Below, piece by piece: positions 25,053-32,000 of a stretch of DNA of 32,000 nucleotides. The translations under genes and the position numbers were made by a program. Below the pieces are notes generated by a model that was not told where the DNA came from, ran no database searches, and was given only the letters and a program-made list of their open reading frames with translations. The DNA comes from Duganella rivi (GTDB lineage Bacteria > Pseudomonadota > Gammaproteobacteria > Burkholderiales > Burkholderiaceae_D), in assembly GCF_009857435.1 (NCBI RefSeq), contig NZ_WWCK01000006.1:237029-269028 (forward strand). Reading direction: 5' to 3'. Each line of letters begins with the position of its first letter. The stretch's first letter is position 1.

Positions 25053-25160
25053 TCAGCCTCCGCATCCTTTCAGGCAAGCGGAAACCAGCACCAGCACAGC
25101 GGGAGATGGCGGCGGTACCTGGCGCAGCGTGGCCGCGCGCAGGCTATGGATGGTCATCAT
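25053..25160 (-). CDS. Possible 35-aa bridging ORF
   Basis: Its ATG overlaps the upstream TGA (ATGA), and its TGA directly abuts the next ATG (TGAATG). Translation: MMTIHSLRAATLRQVPPPSPAVLVLVSACLKGCGG. Below the track cutoff. Confidence 0.3.
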   Translation of the reverse strand: MMTIHSLRAATLRQVPPPSPAVLVLVSACLKGCGG

Positions 25161-25561
25161 TCGCCGTCCTTTCGCTCGCGCATGCGAAGCCACCCCATCA
25201 CAGCGCGGCGGCCGGCCTCGGTCAGACTGTAAATGCCGCGTTTGATTCTGCGGCCGTCGCGGTCGGTATCATCGATCATCGTGCAAGGCAGGCCACTCTT
25301 GCCGAGGCCGAGCTCGCGAATGTTCAGAATCGCATCTGGTGTATTGGCGCAGCCGATGGTGTCGTCGAGGTGCTTGCGCGACATTGGGCGAATTAACAGC
25401 GCGTGGAGGGCGCGCAAATAGCGCGGATTGGCAGTGCCGAAAAATCGAGCAACAGTTGATGTAGAATCTGGAATTGGAACTGTGTTGCCGAAGAGGTCTG
25501 GGATTGCTTGGTCGCGCCCGGGCCCTTTCTTTTTTTGGGGCTTCCTTATCGGCCGCTTCAT
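25157..25561 (-). CDS. Hypothetical basic wHTH-like protein (134 aa)
   Basis: Start set at ATG 25561, which overlaps the upstream TAA (TAATG). Has a Lys/Arg-rich N-terminus (MKRPIRKPQKKKGPG). The track extension to 25831 overlaps the AlpA-like gene in another frame and reads as Cys/Arg-rich nonsense. Confidence 0.6.
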   Translation of the reverse strand: MKRPIRKPQKKKGPGRDQAIPDLFGNTVPIPDSTSTVARFFGTANPRYLRALHALLIRPMSRKHLDDTIGCANTPDAILNIRELGLGKSGLPCTMIDDTDRDGRRIKRGIYSLTEAGRRAVMGWLRMRERKDGE

Positions 25562-25794
25562 TACGCACCTCCGACCATCGCTTCTGCAGTAGCCATCACC
25601 GGCCACAGCAAAAACTTGCCGCGCTTGATTGGGCGCACCCCGCAGCACTCCCCCTTCAGGCAGTGATTCTTGCGTACCGTTTGCGGCGCCAGGCACCACG
25701 CACGTGCAAATTCGTCGGTGGTGATGTGGTCGCGTCCTTGGGCCACAGCGGCCAGAGCCGCAGGCACGTGGACATTGTTGGCATTCATATGCAT
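25561..25794 (-). CDS. AlpA/excisionase-type HTH protein (77 aa)
   Basis: ITTDEFARAWCLAPQTVRKNHCLKGECCGVRPIKRGKFLLWP fits the excisionase/HTH_17 pattern (HTH followed by a basic wing and a W/F). It is the first gene of the leftward operon next to int. Confidence 0.6.
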   Translation of the reverse strand: MHMNANNVHVPAALAAVAQGRDHITTDEFARAWCLAPQTVRKNHCLKGECCGVRPIKRGKFLLWPVMATAEAMVGGA

Positions 25795-25807
25795 ATCGTT
25801 CTTTCAT

Positions 25808-25843
25808 AAAAAAAGCCCGCCTCCAGGTCATGGATAGCGGGCT
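25808..25843 (-). terminator. Intrinsic terminator T1 (minus strand)
   Basis: AGCCCGC (16-nt loop) GCGGGCT followed on the minus strand by seven T. It ends 14 nt upstream of the AlpA-like ATG. Confidence 0.6.
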
Positions 25844-25854
25844 TGGTAGTGACG

Positions 25855-25880
25855 AAAAAAAACCAGCGGGATGCGCTGGT
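25855..25880 (-). terminator. Intrinsic terminator T2 (minus strand)
   Basis: ACCAGCG-catcc-CGCTGGT (minus-strand reading) followed by eight T. Confidence 0.65.
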
Positions 25881-25907
25881 CGGTGTGCATTACGGATTAT
25901 TGAGACG

Positions 25908-25929
25908 AAAAAAAACCCGCATTGGCGGG
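25908..25929 (-). terminator. Intrinsic terminator T3 (minus strand)
   Basis: CCCGC-CAAT-GCGGG followed by eight T on the minus strand. It shares the flank TTTTTTTTCGTC with T2. Confidence 0.65.
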
Positions 25930-26181
25930 CTGAACTGAGATTACTTTGGACGAGCGAAGCTTACGCGGCGGTAAGGCCCTCTCGCGGATGTTCTGCTTCG
26001 GGCGTGCTTCCTAGTCCTTCCTAGCGGTGAGGCTCGAGGCCTGCATTACGACACGGAGAACAAATGTGGGTGAAACCGTTATTGCCTTTTACTGGGCGAG
26101 CAAATCCCGCCTGTGTGCGTAATGTACTGCACCGCAAAGGAATTTGTCCACCCCTTTATCTACGTATCGCAATCGATGAGG

Positions 26182-27489
26182 TCAAGTGGCAGGCACCAGA
26201 CGCAGCACCGCTGGCGTTGGCTGAAACTGAATGCCCGCTTGTTCAAGCATCCAACTCTCAATCTGAACATGCCACTTCCGCAGCAAGTCCAGTGGCCGCT
26301 TGATGTAGTTCTGCTCGCGGACGCCCTGCGGCGCATGGCCTTGGATCTGAGCAGCTATACCGGCCGGCATCTCCACCCACTCGCTCAACGTTGCGAAGCT
26401 GCGGCGCAGTCCGTGCAAGGTAAGATGCGGCAGGCCGGCGGCGGCAACCGCTTCGTTATGGGCGATGCGCGGCTCGGCTAATTTTCCTGAATCGGCGCTG
26501 GGACTGCTGAAAACCCACTCATTGCGACGTGGAAGCCCAGCCAGCAGGTGGGACACGAACGGCGTCAATGGCACCATTCGGAAATCTTCCATCTTGTCCT
26601 TCAGTTTGAGACTGCCCCACTGAAAATCGACATCAGCCCAGCGCAGTCCGGCGACCTCTTCGCGGCGTGCACCAATCATTAGCAGCGTCTGAAGATATGC
26701 GGCGATGACCGGGTTACCTATCTTGCGCACCTCACCGAACCAAGCTGCCAGCTGCTCGCGCTGCAGCAGGTCATGTTTGACCTTCGGTTTGCCCAGAATT
26801 TCACGCGCCCTGCTGCTCTTTGCAGCATTCACCGTGACAACCGCAGCATAAGCAGGATGCCTAGAGCACCAGTTCAAAAAGGCTTTGAGCAGCCGCATGG
26901 CCAGCCGCGCACTGGACGGGCGCAATGCCGCTTCAATCTTGGCCCAAGCCTCTATCCTCGCATCGGTCAAGTCCACCAGGCGCTCGCCGGCCAGCGCAGA
27001 CAGTGGCCCAGCCTTGGTCAGCTTCGGACTGCGCTTTCGCTTTTCGCCGCCGGTCTGGATGATTTTTCTATGCGCAGAAATTTGATGTTCGCCCCAGTGC
27101 GGTGTGCGCTCAGCCACGTAGACCGGCCAGGCGTCGCCCAGCGTTATCGAATTGCGCACCGCAGCGGCAGCAGTCTCTGCCCTCACCGCTTCCTGCGCCG
27201 CTTGCTGCTCAGCGCGCAACTGGCGCGGGTCGATGCCTTGGTCAGTCTGTGCCTTATGGCGGGTCGCCTCAGCTTGGGCTTTCGCTACCGTCCACGTCCG
27301 AGTGTCGCCAATGGTGATGCGGATGGTTTTGCCCTGCAGGCGGGTTTCGAAGATGTACGAGCGCGCGCCGGCGGCGGTGACACGCAAGCCCAAGCCCGGC
27401 GTCTTCGCATCCCACATAATGCTCTGCTGCTTGCCGGACTCGCATTGAAATGCGGCCACCCGGTCGGCCGTGAAATTCACCTTCGCCAC
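26182..27489 (-). CDS. int: Tyrosine site-specific integrase (P4-type, DUF4102-like arm-binding N-domain)
   Basis: GTG 27489 (GGAGAG upstream) gives (M)AKVNFTADRVAAFQCESGKQQSIMWDAKTPGLGLRVTAAGARSYIF. The catalytic region has ARREEVAGLRWADVD, HGLRRSFATL, GHAP and REQNYIKRP (Tyr). The track N-terminal extension to 27591 is rejected. Confidence 0.92.
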   Translation of the reverse strand: MAKVNFTADRVAAFQCESGKQQSIMWDAKTPGLGLRVTAAGARSYIFETRLQGKTIRITIGDTRTWTVAKAQAEATRHKAQTDQGIDPRQLRAEQQAAQEAVRAETAAAAVRNSITLGDAWPVYVAERTPHWGEHQISAHRKIIQTGGEKRKRSPKLTKAGPLSALAGERLVDLTDARIEAWAKIEAALRPSSARLAMRLLKAFLNWCSRHPAYAAVVTVNAAKSSRAREILGKPKVKHDLLQREQLAAWFGEVRKIGNPVIAAYLQTLLMIGARREEVAGLRWADVDFQWGSLKLKDKMEDFRMVPLTPFVSHLLAGLPRRNEWVFSSPSADSGKLAEPRIAHNEAVAAAGLPHLTLHGLRRSFATLSEWVEMPAGIAAQIQGHAPQGVREQNYIKRPLDLLRKWHVQIESWMLEQAGIQFQPTPAVLRLVPAT

Positions 27490-27502
27490 CTGTCTGCTCT
27501 CC

Positions 27503-27535
27503 CCATGTAGGCGCCATGTAGGCACTGTGTAGGCA
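27503..27535 (+). repeat. Three tandem 11-bp units CCATGTAGGCG/CCATGTAGGCA/CTGTGTAGGCA (candidate arm-type sites, P side, over the int 5' region)
   Basis: Positions 27513-27535 are identical to 15660-15682. The units lie 14-46 bp upstream of the int start codon. Confidence 0.55.
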
Positions 27536-27665
27536 GATTCTAGCAAACTAAGGGAAAGAATCGGCAAGTTTCGCCAGTACCAAAATGGCAAAAATAGTGG
27601 ATTTCCCCTATGAGAATGGCATTTTTCGGCACCGAAGGGAAACTATCGAAAACCAAAATCCCAGC

Positions 27666-27712
27666 GATTTGTAATCATCAGGTGGCCAGTTCGAAACCGG
27701 CAGTCGGCACCA
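27666..27712 (+). repeat. attR core: displaced 3' fragment of tRNA-Thr (not a functional tRNA)
   Basis: Identical to 15559-15605. It lacks the 5' acceptor, D arm and 5' anticodon stem. Confidence 0.85.
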
Positions 27713-27720
27713 AATCAAAA

Positions 27721-27750
27721 AGCCCAGCCCTCACCGGCTGGGCTTTTTTG
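27721..27750 (+). terminator. Original chromosomal tRNA-Thr terminator hairpin
   Basis: AGCCCAGCC-ctcacc-GGCTGGGCT followed by TTTTTT. Confidence 0.7.
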
Positions 27751-27808
27751 CTTTCCCCCGTCTGATTTTCAGCAAAGCCCCCAGCTGCAACCTTCGATAC
27801 GCTGCGTT

Positions 27809-28064
27809 ATGGCTGATCGAAAAATCATCGACAAATCGTCACCCATTCCGAAAAAGCGCGGGAACGGTCTTGTTCGTTGCGAGGTGTGGGTCGATTCGAA
27901 TGGGACGGTCACTCGCTACAAACGGTCGGGCCGTTTATGACAACCACCATCATGTCCACCATCGCCATTACATGGGTAAGGTCGAGCTCGTTACTTATAC
28001 GAATTTTGACGATATCCAGACACGCTTCGACCACGACTGGACCTCACTTCTGAGGCAAACATGA
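27809..28064 (+). pseudogene. Frameshifted toxin-like gene (DUF6516/TumE-like as I recall)
   Basis: Frame A (27809-27940) reads MADRKIIDKSSPIPKKRGNGLVRCEVWVDSNGTVTRYKRSGRL*. A different frame (the track ORF 27870-28064) reads ...NGRAVYDNHHHVHHRHYMGKVELVTYTNFDDIQTRFDHDWTSLL. The two halves together resemble one roughly 85-100-aa protein, with the break near 27925-27940. The end overlaps the next gene start (ATGA). Confidence 0.5.
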
Positions 28065-28423
28065 AAACTACCGTCATCAACAACGCGACCGTCGAAGAGT
28101 TCCTTGAGCAAGGCCGCATGATCGCCAAGCTGATCGATCAAGGACAGCCGCTACCGAAATCGAGCACCATCAGTTTCGAAGATCCCGAAGACTTGCTGAA
28201 ACTGCTGCGCAGCGACACTCTTGCTCTGTTCCGTGCGATCAAAGAACGGCCTGATTCCGTTACCACGATCGCAGCACGCTTGCAGCGTGAGCGTGACGCT
28301 GTCCAGCGCGACATTCTGGAACTGGAAAGACTGGGAATCGTGAAGATCAAGCGGCACCACACAGGTGCGGAACATGTCCAGCTCACCGCACAAAAATTCA
28401 AGCTGGACGCCGATATCATTTAA
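28061..28423 (+). CDS. wHTH antitoxin-like transcriptional regulator (COG4190/HVO_A0114-like)
   Basis: 120 aa. SFEDPEDLLKLLRSDTLALFRAIKERPDSVTTIAARLQRERDAVQRDILELERLGIV is a typical wHTH of this antitoxin-like family. Confidence 0.7.
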   Translation: MKTTVINNATVEEFLEQGRMIAKLIDQGQPLPKSSTISFEDPEDLLKLLRSDTLALFRAIKERPDSVTTIAARLQRERDAVQRDILELERLGIVKIKRHHTGAEHVQLTAQKFKLDADII

Positions 28424-28489
28424 TTTCACGCAGGCGCGGCTTGGGCTGGGCTACACTTGGCGCTTCACCCTATACCAAGGAGCCGAGAC

Positions 28490-29374
28490 ATGACCCGCAA
28501 GACCGCCGCTGATTTTGACCCGGAAGTTCTGAAGCTGTTCGATCAATACGTTCACGGCGGTATCAGCCGGCGCGATTTCTTGTCGTCGGCGGCGCGCTAT
28601 GCGGTCGGTGGCGCCACAGCCGCCAGCTTGCTTACGGCGCTGAGCCCTAGCTTTGCCGCACCGCTGGTCACGCCGGACGATAAGCGGCTCAACGCCCGCT
28701 TCGTCGAACTGCCTTCGCCTGACGGCAACGGCACCGTGCGCGGCTATCTGGTCTCGCCGAAAGATGCCAAGGGCAAGCTGCCGCTGGTGTTGGTCGTGCA
28801 CGAAAACCGCGGCCTCAATCCGCACATTGAAGACATCACGCGCCGCCTCGCGCTGGATGGCTTCCTCGCTTTCGCACCGGACGCGCTGCACACACTGGGC
28901 GGCTATCCCGGCGATGAGGACAAGGCCCGCGCCCTGTTCGGCAAGCTGGATCAGACCAAGACCCGCGCCGATTTCGTCACCGCCGCGCGCTGGCTGCAGC
29001 AGCAGCCTGAAGGCAACGGCAAGCTGGGCGTGGTCGGCTTCTGCTACGGTGGCGGCATCTCCAATTATCTGGCGACGCAGCTGCCCGACCTGCTGGCGGC
29101 CGTCCCGTTCTACGGCTCGCAGCCGAAGCCCGAAGACGTCGCCCGCATCAAGGCGCACCTGCTGATCCACGACGCTGAAAAAGACGAACGCATCCGCGCA
29201 GGCTGGCCGGCTTACGAAAAAGCGCTTAAGGAAGCCGGCGTGAATTTCCAGTACCACGTCTATCCCGGCACCGAGCATGGCTTCAACAACGACACCACGC
29301 CGCGCTACGACGCCGCCGCTGCCAAGCTGGCATGGCAGCGCACCACCGACTTCTTCCGCGCCCGCTTGGCCTAG
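28490..29374 (+). CDS. Dienelactone hydrolase family protein with Tat signal
   Basis: ATG 28490 (AAGGAG upstream). Has the Tat motif SRRDFLSSAA, nucleophile motif GFCYGGG, and a C-terminal HGF. Confidence 0.88.
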   Translation: MTRKTAADFDPEVLKLFDQYVHGGISRRDFLSSAARYAVGGATAASLLTALSPSFAAPLVTPDDKRLNARFVELPSPDGNGTVRGYLVSPKDAKGKLPLVLVVHENRGLNPHIEDITRRLALDGFLAFAPDALHTLGGYPGDEDKARALFGKLDQTKTRADFVTAARWLQQQPEGNGKLGVVGFCYGGGISNYLATQLPDLLAAVPFYGSQPKPEDVARIKAHLLIHDAEKDERIRAGWPAYEKALKEAGVNFQYHVYPGTEHGFNNDTTPRYDAAAAKLAWQRTTDFFRARLA

Positions 29375-30159
29375 GGAGATGCCGCGTAACGGCGCGTCAA
29401 GGCATCGACCTCTTGCGCGCCGTGCGCGCCCAGCCAGTTCCACACGGCCTCCATCTGCTGGCGATGCTGCTGGTAGTACGCGCGATTCGCGCCCAGCCAC
29501 ATGAACGACGTGCGCACCGGCTTATCGAGCCGCGCCAATTGCTGGCCGTAGCGCGCCGTCAGGTAGCTATCGAGTGCGGTCGGCGTCAGCAGCGCCAGCG
29601 TGAAGCCGTCCACGCGCTTCATGCGCACTTTGTCGAAGTTGTTCCACGAGCTGAAGCTGCCGTCGTCGATCTGCAGGCCGGCCGCCTTCAGCTGCGCCGC
29701 CAGCATGGTGCCTTGGTTGGCGGCGAGGATACGCGTTTTAAAGTATTGCAAGGGATCGGTACTGGATGGCAGCTTGTCCGCCGTCCGCACGAACACATAA
29801 GATGCGGTGCGCAGGCCGCGCTTGCGGTCTGGCTCGCCAGTGGCGGTGGTGGCGATCACGTAGCCGGCATCGGGTTCGTCGGGCGCGTCGGCCGGCGCGA
29901 TATCGACCGCGCCGCTCACCAGCGCGATGCGCACCCGCGCCACCGGCAGCCGCACCAGCACCACCGGGCAGCCCACGGCACGCAGCGCGTCGCGGAACAG
30001 TTCCACCAGCACGCCCGGCTGCTCCGGCACCTCGGCGCCATTGCCCATGAAGTAAGGCACGCGCTCGCGGTCGGAATAGCCCACGCGTACCGGCGCGCAC
30101 GGCTCAGCGGCATGCGCTCCAATACCAACTAGCAGTAACAGGCTCACCCAGTGTTTCAT
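29371..30159 (-). CDS. Periplasmic substrate-binding-domain protein (type 2 PBP-like)
   Basis: Start set at ATG 30159, giving signal peptide MKHWVSLLLLVGIGAHA. The fold assignment comes from the general pattern only (RVGYSDRERVPYF...). Convergent 4-nt overlap with the hydrolase gene. Confidence 0.6.
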   Translation of the reverse strand: MKHWVSLLLLVGIGAHAAEPCAPVRVGYSDRERVPYFMGNGAEVPEQPGVLVELFRDALRAVGCPVVLVRLPVARVRIALVSGAVDIAPADAPDEPDAGYVIATTATGEPDRKRGLRTASYVFVRTADKLPSSTDPLQYFKTRILAANQGTMLAAQLKAAGLQIDDGSFSSWNNFDKVRMKRVDGFTLALLTPTALDSYLTARYGQQLARLDKPVRTSFMWLGANRAYYQQHRQQMEAVWNWLGAHGAQEVDALTRRYAASP

Positions 30160-30298
30160 TTTTGACCTTATGAATACGTCGAGTGTATAACGCGACTTAT
30201 TCATAACGCAACATTGAACGTTGCCATTCGGGATCGTCTTTTGCCTTGCGCAGCACCGGCGCGGTCTTGTCATAGACCGGCGCCAGCCCATGCGGCGC

Positions 30299-31138
30299 TC
30301 AGGATTTTGCGAAGGCCAGGAAGTCGGCGTTGAACTGATCCTTGTGGGTATCGGTCAGGCCGTGCGGTGCGCCGGCGTAGACGATCAGCTTGGCGTCCTT
30401 GACGAACTTGGCGGAGGCCAGTGCGGCAGCCTTGATCGGCACGATCTGGTCGTCATCGCCGTGGATGATCAGGGTCGGCTTGTCGAACTTTTTCAGGTCT
30501 TCGCGGAAGTCGGTTTCCGAGAAGGCCTTGATCGAGTCGTAGGTGTTTTTAAAGCCGCCCTGCATGCCCTGCGAGTACCACGCCTGGATGATGCCTTGCG
30601 ATGGCTTGGCGCCCGGACGGTTGTAGTTGTAGAACGGGCCCGAAGCGATATCGAGATACAGCTGGCCGCGATCGGCCAACTGGCCGTTGCGGATACCGTC
30701 GAACACTTCGATCGGCAAGCCGTCCGGGTTGCTCTCGGTTTTCAGCATCAGCGGCGGCACGGCCGAAATCAAGCCCAGCTTGGCGATGCGCTTGGTGCCG
30801 TGACGGCCGACGTAGCGCGCCACTTCGCCGCCGCCAGTCGAGAAGCCGGCCAGGATGATGTTGTTCAAGTCCAGCGCTTCGATCACTTGCGCCAGGTCGT
30901 CGGCGTAGTGATCCATGTCGTTGCCTTCCCAAGGCTGGCTCGAGCGGCCGTGGCCGCGGCGGTCATGGGTAATCACGCGGAAACCGTTATTGGCGAGGAA
31001 GAACGCAGCCGATTCCCAGCTGTCCGAGCTGAGCGGCCAGCCGTGGCTCAGGATGACTGGCTGGCCGGTGCGTGGGCCCCAGTCCTTGTAGTAGATCTGT
31101 ACGCCGTCGCGGGTGGTGATGGTGGAGCTAGTGTTCAT
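30299..31138 (-). CDS. Alpha/beta hydrolase (non-haem haloperoxidase/arylesterase-like)
   Basis: ATG 31138 (AAGGAAG upstream). [22 protein letters not shown]..., [11 protein letters not shown], nucleophile elbow [17 protein letters not shown] and APHGL. The track extension to 31549 is rejected. Confidence 0.9.
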   Translation of the reverse strand: MNTSSTITTRDGVQIYYKDWGPRTGQPVILSHGWPLSSDSWESAAFFLANNGFRVITHDRRGHGRSSQPWEGNDMDHYADDLAQVIEALDLNNIILAGFSTGGGEVARYVGRHGTKRIAKLGLISAVPPLMLKTESNPDGLPIEVFDGIRNGQLADRGQLYLDIASGPFYNYNRPGAKPSQGIIQAWYSQGMQGGFKNTYDSIKAFSETDFREDLKKFDKPTLIIHGDDDQIVPIKAAALASAKFVKDAKLIVYAGAPHGLTDTHKDQFNADFLAFAKS

Positions 31139-31291
31139 GATCTTCTTCCTTTTAGTCGATGTATGGATAATCAGTGTTGTGCTACAGTCATTACGTTCTG
31201 CAGCTGCGATGGAATGAATCTTAGACCGCGCAAAACGTTTGCGGAACAGACAACACTGCAAGGCCACTTTGCAAAAACGCAGACCCCATAC

Positions 31292-32000
31292 ATGGCAACA
31301 AGCAACGACTTCGACTGGAACGACATCCCGCTGATTCTCGCGCTGGCCCGCAGCGGCAGCATGAGTGCGACCGGTCGCCAGTTGGGTGTGGACGCATCGA
31401 CCATCAGCCGTCGCATTGCCGCCGCCGAGAAGGCGCTCAAGCTGCGCCTGTTCATCCGCGATAACACCGGCTACCAGCTGACCGACGCCGGCCAGGTGTT
31501 CGTCGAACACGGCGAAGCGGTGTACGGCAATGTGCAAAGCATGTTGCAAGCGTCATCGCAGGAGGCGGACGCCACCGCCGGCCCGGTCAACATCACCTCC
31601 ATCGATTTCCTGTTTGACTACTGGCTGCTGGAACACGTTCCCGCCTTGCACGCGCAGCACCCGCAGCTGCAACTGACGCTGCAAGCGGAAAATCAAAACC
31701 TCTCCTTCACCCGCCGCGAAGCCGACTTCGCGCTGCGCCTCGGCAAGCCCAGCGAAGATGCCGCGCTGGTGATGCGCAAACTGGGCGATCTCGGTTTCGC
31801 CGTCTACGGCCACGCCAAGTTTGCCGACACGCCGCGCGGCTGCTGGGGCGCGCAACCGTGGATCGCCTATGACGACACGCTGGCCGGCACCGCCGAAATG
31901 CAATGGCTGGCCGCGATGGAACCGCAGCCGCGCAAGGTACTCAAGGTGAATAGCCTGAGCACCATGGTGCGCGCCTGCCGCGCCGGCGTCGGCATGGCGC
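31292..32000 (+). CDS. LysR-family transcriptional regulator (partial; runs off window end)
   Basis: Absent from the track because there is no stop in the window. [49 protein letters not shown] is a LysR HTH. It is divergent from the hydrolase gene. Confidence 0.85.
   Translation, partial: MATSNDFDWNDIPLILALARSGSMSATGRQLGVDASTISRRIAAAEKALKLRLFIRDNTGYQLTDAGQVFVEHGEAVYGNVQSMLQASSQEADATAGPVNITSIDFLFDYWLLEHVPALHAQHPQLQLTLQAENQNLSFTRREADFALRLGKPSEDAALVMRKLGDLGFAVYGHAKFADTPRGCWGAQPWIAYDDTLAGTAEMQWLAAMEPQPRKVLKVNSLSTMVRACRAGVGMA

Noticed and set aside
25562-25831. N-terminal extension of the 224-aa ORF 25157-25831
   Set aside because: The extension overlaps the AlpA-like gene in another frame, reads as Cys/Arg/Pro-rich nonsense and begins inside terminator T1. 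The internal ATG 25561 is stop-start coupled (TAATG).
27490-27591. N-terminal extension of the integrase ORF (MPFWYWRNLPILS...)
   Set aside because: The extension covers the 11-bp repeat units and has no similarity to integrase N-termini. GTG 27489 with a GGAGAG RBS yields the canonical AKVNFT... start of P4-type integrases.
27666-27712. Second tRNA gene
   Set aside because: Only the 3' 47 nt are present (from the anticodon loop onward). There is no 5' acceptor or D arm, so it is the displaced att fragment and not a gene.
28451-29500. 349-aa - strand ORF
   Set aside because: Antisense shadow of the dienelactone hydrolase gene.
31139-31549. N-terminal extension of the alpha/beta hydrolase ORF to 416 aa
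   Set aside because: The extension runs antisense through the LysR gene start. ATG 31138 has an RBS and gives a full-length hydrolase.

Overview
High-GC, betaproteobacterial-looking chromosome segment. Protein sequences and gene order resemble Oxalobacteraceae such as Janthinobacterium or Massilia, but this is inference from reading the sequence, with no search run. Many long ORFs in the six-frame track are antisense shadows of real genes, which is typical of high-GC DNA. (1) Positions 1-15,530 are conserved housekeeping genes: a secreted amidohydrolase (partial), moeB, an S41 C-terminal processing protease, an EnvC-like degenerate-LytM activator and gpmA on the minus strand. Diverging from these are a rhodanese-like gene, grxC, secB, an SH3b gene and gpsA, followed by a DUF2461 gene, a DegS/AlgW-like protease, mscL, petABC (cytochrome bc1), sspAB and tRNA-Thr(UGU). 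(2) Positions 15,559-27,712 are a 12,154-bp integrative element inserted in the 3' half of tRNA-Thr. It is bounded by a perfect 47-bp direct repeat, with a tyrosine integrase at the right end and candidate arm-type repeats on both sides of the inferred attP core. Its GC-rich backbone carries an AlpA/excisionase-like gene, several small winged-helix proteins, a 4-copy palindromic iteron array, a triple intrinsic-terminator leader, a DUF2280 (small-terminase-like) gene and a scaffold-like gene. It has no capsid, tail, terminase-large or primase genes, so it looks like a phage-satellite or integrative-plasmid hybrid. Its AT-richer cargo blocks carry an XRE-HTH/ImmA-metallopeptidase fusion translationally coupled to a PIN nuclease, a serine recombinase with a Sin-like res site, an acidic Cys4 mini-protein, three coupled orphan genes, a lone FRG-domain protein and unannotated small ORFs. 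These cargo modules are the best candidates for an undescribed defence or toxin system. (3) Positions 27,713-32,000 return to chromosome: a frameshifted toxin-like gene plus an intact wHTH antitoxin-like gene, a Tat-signal dienelactone hydrolase, a periplasmic binding protein, an alpha/beta hydrolase and a divergent LysR regulator (partial).
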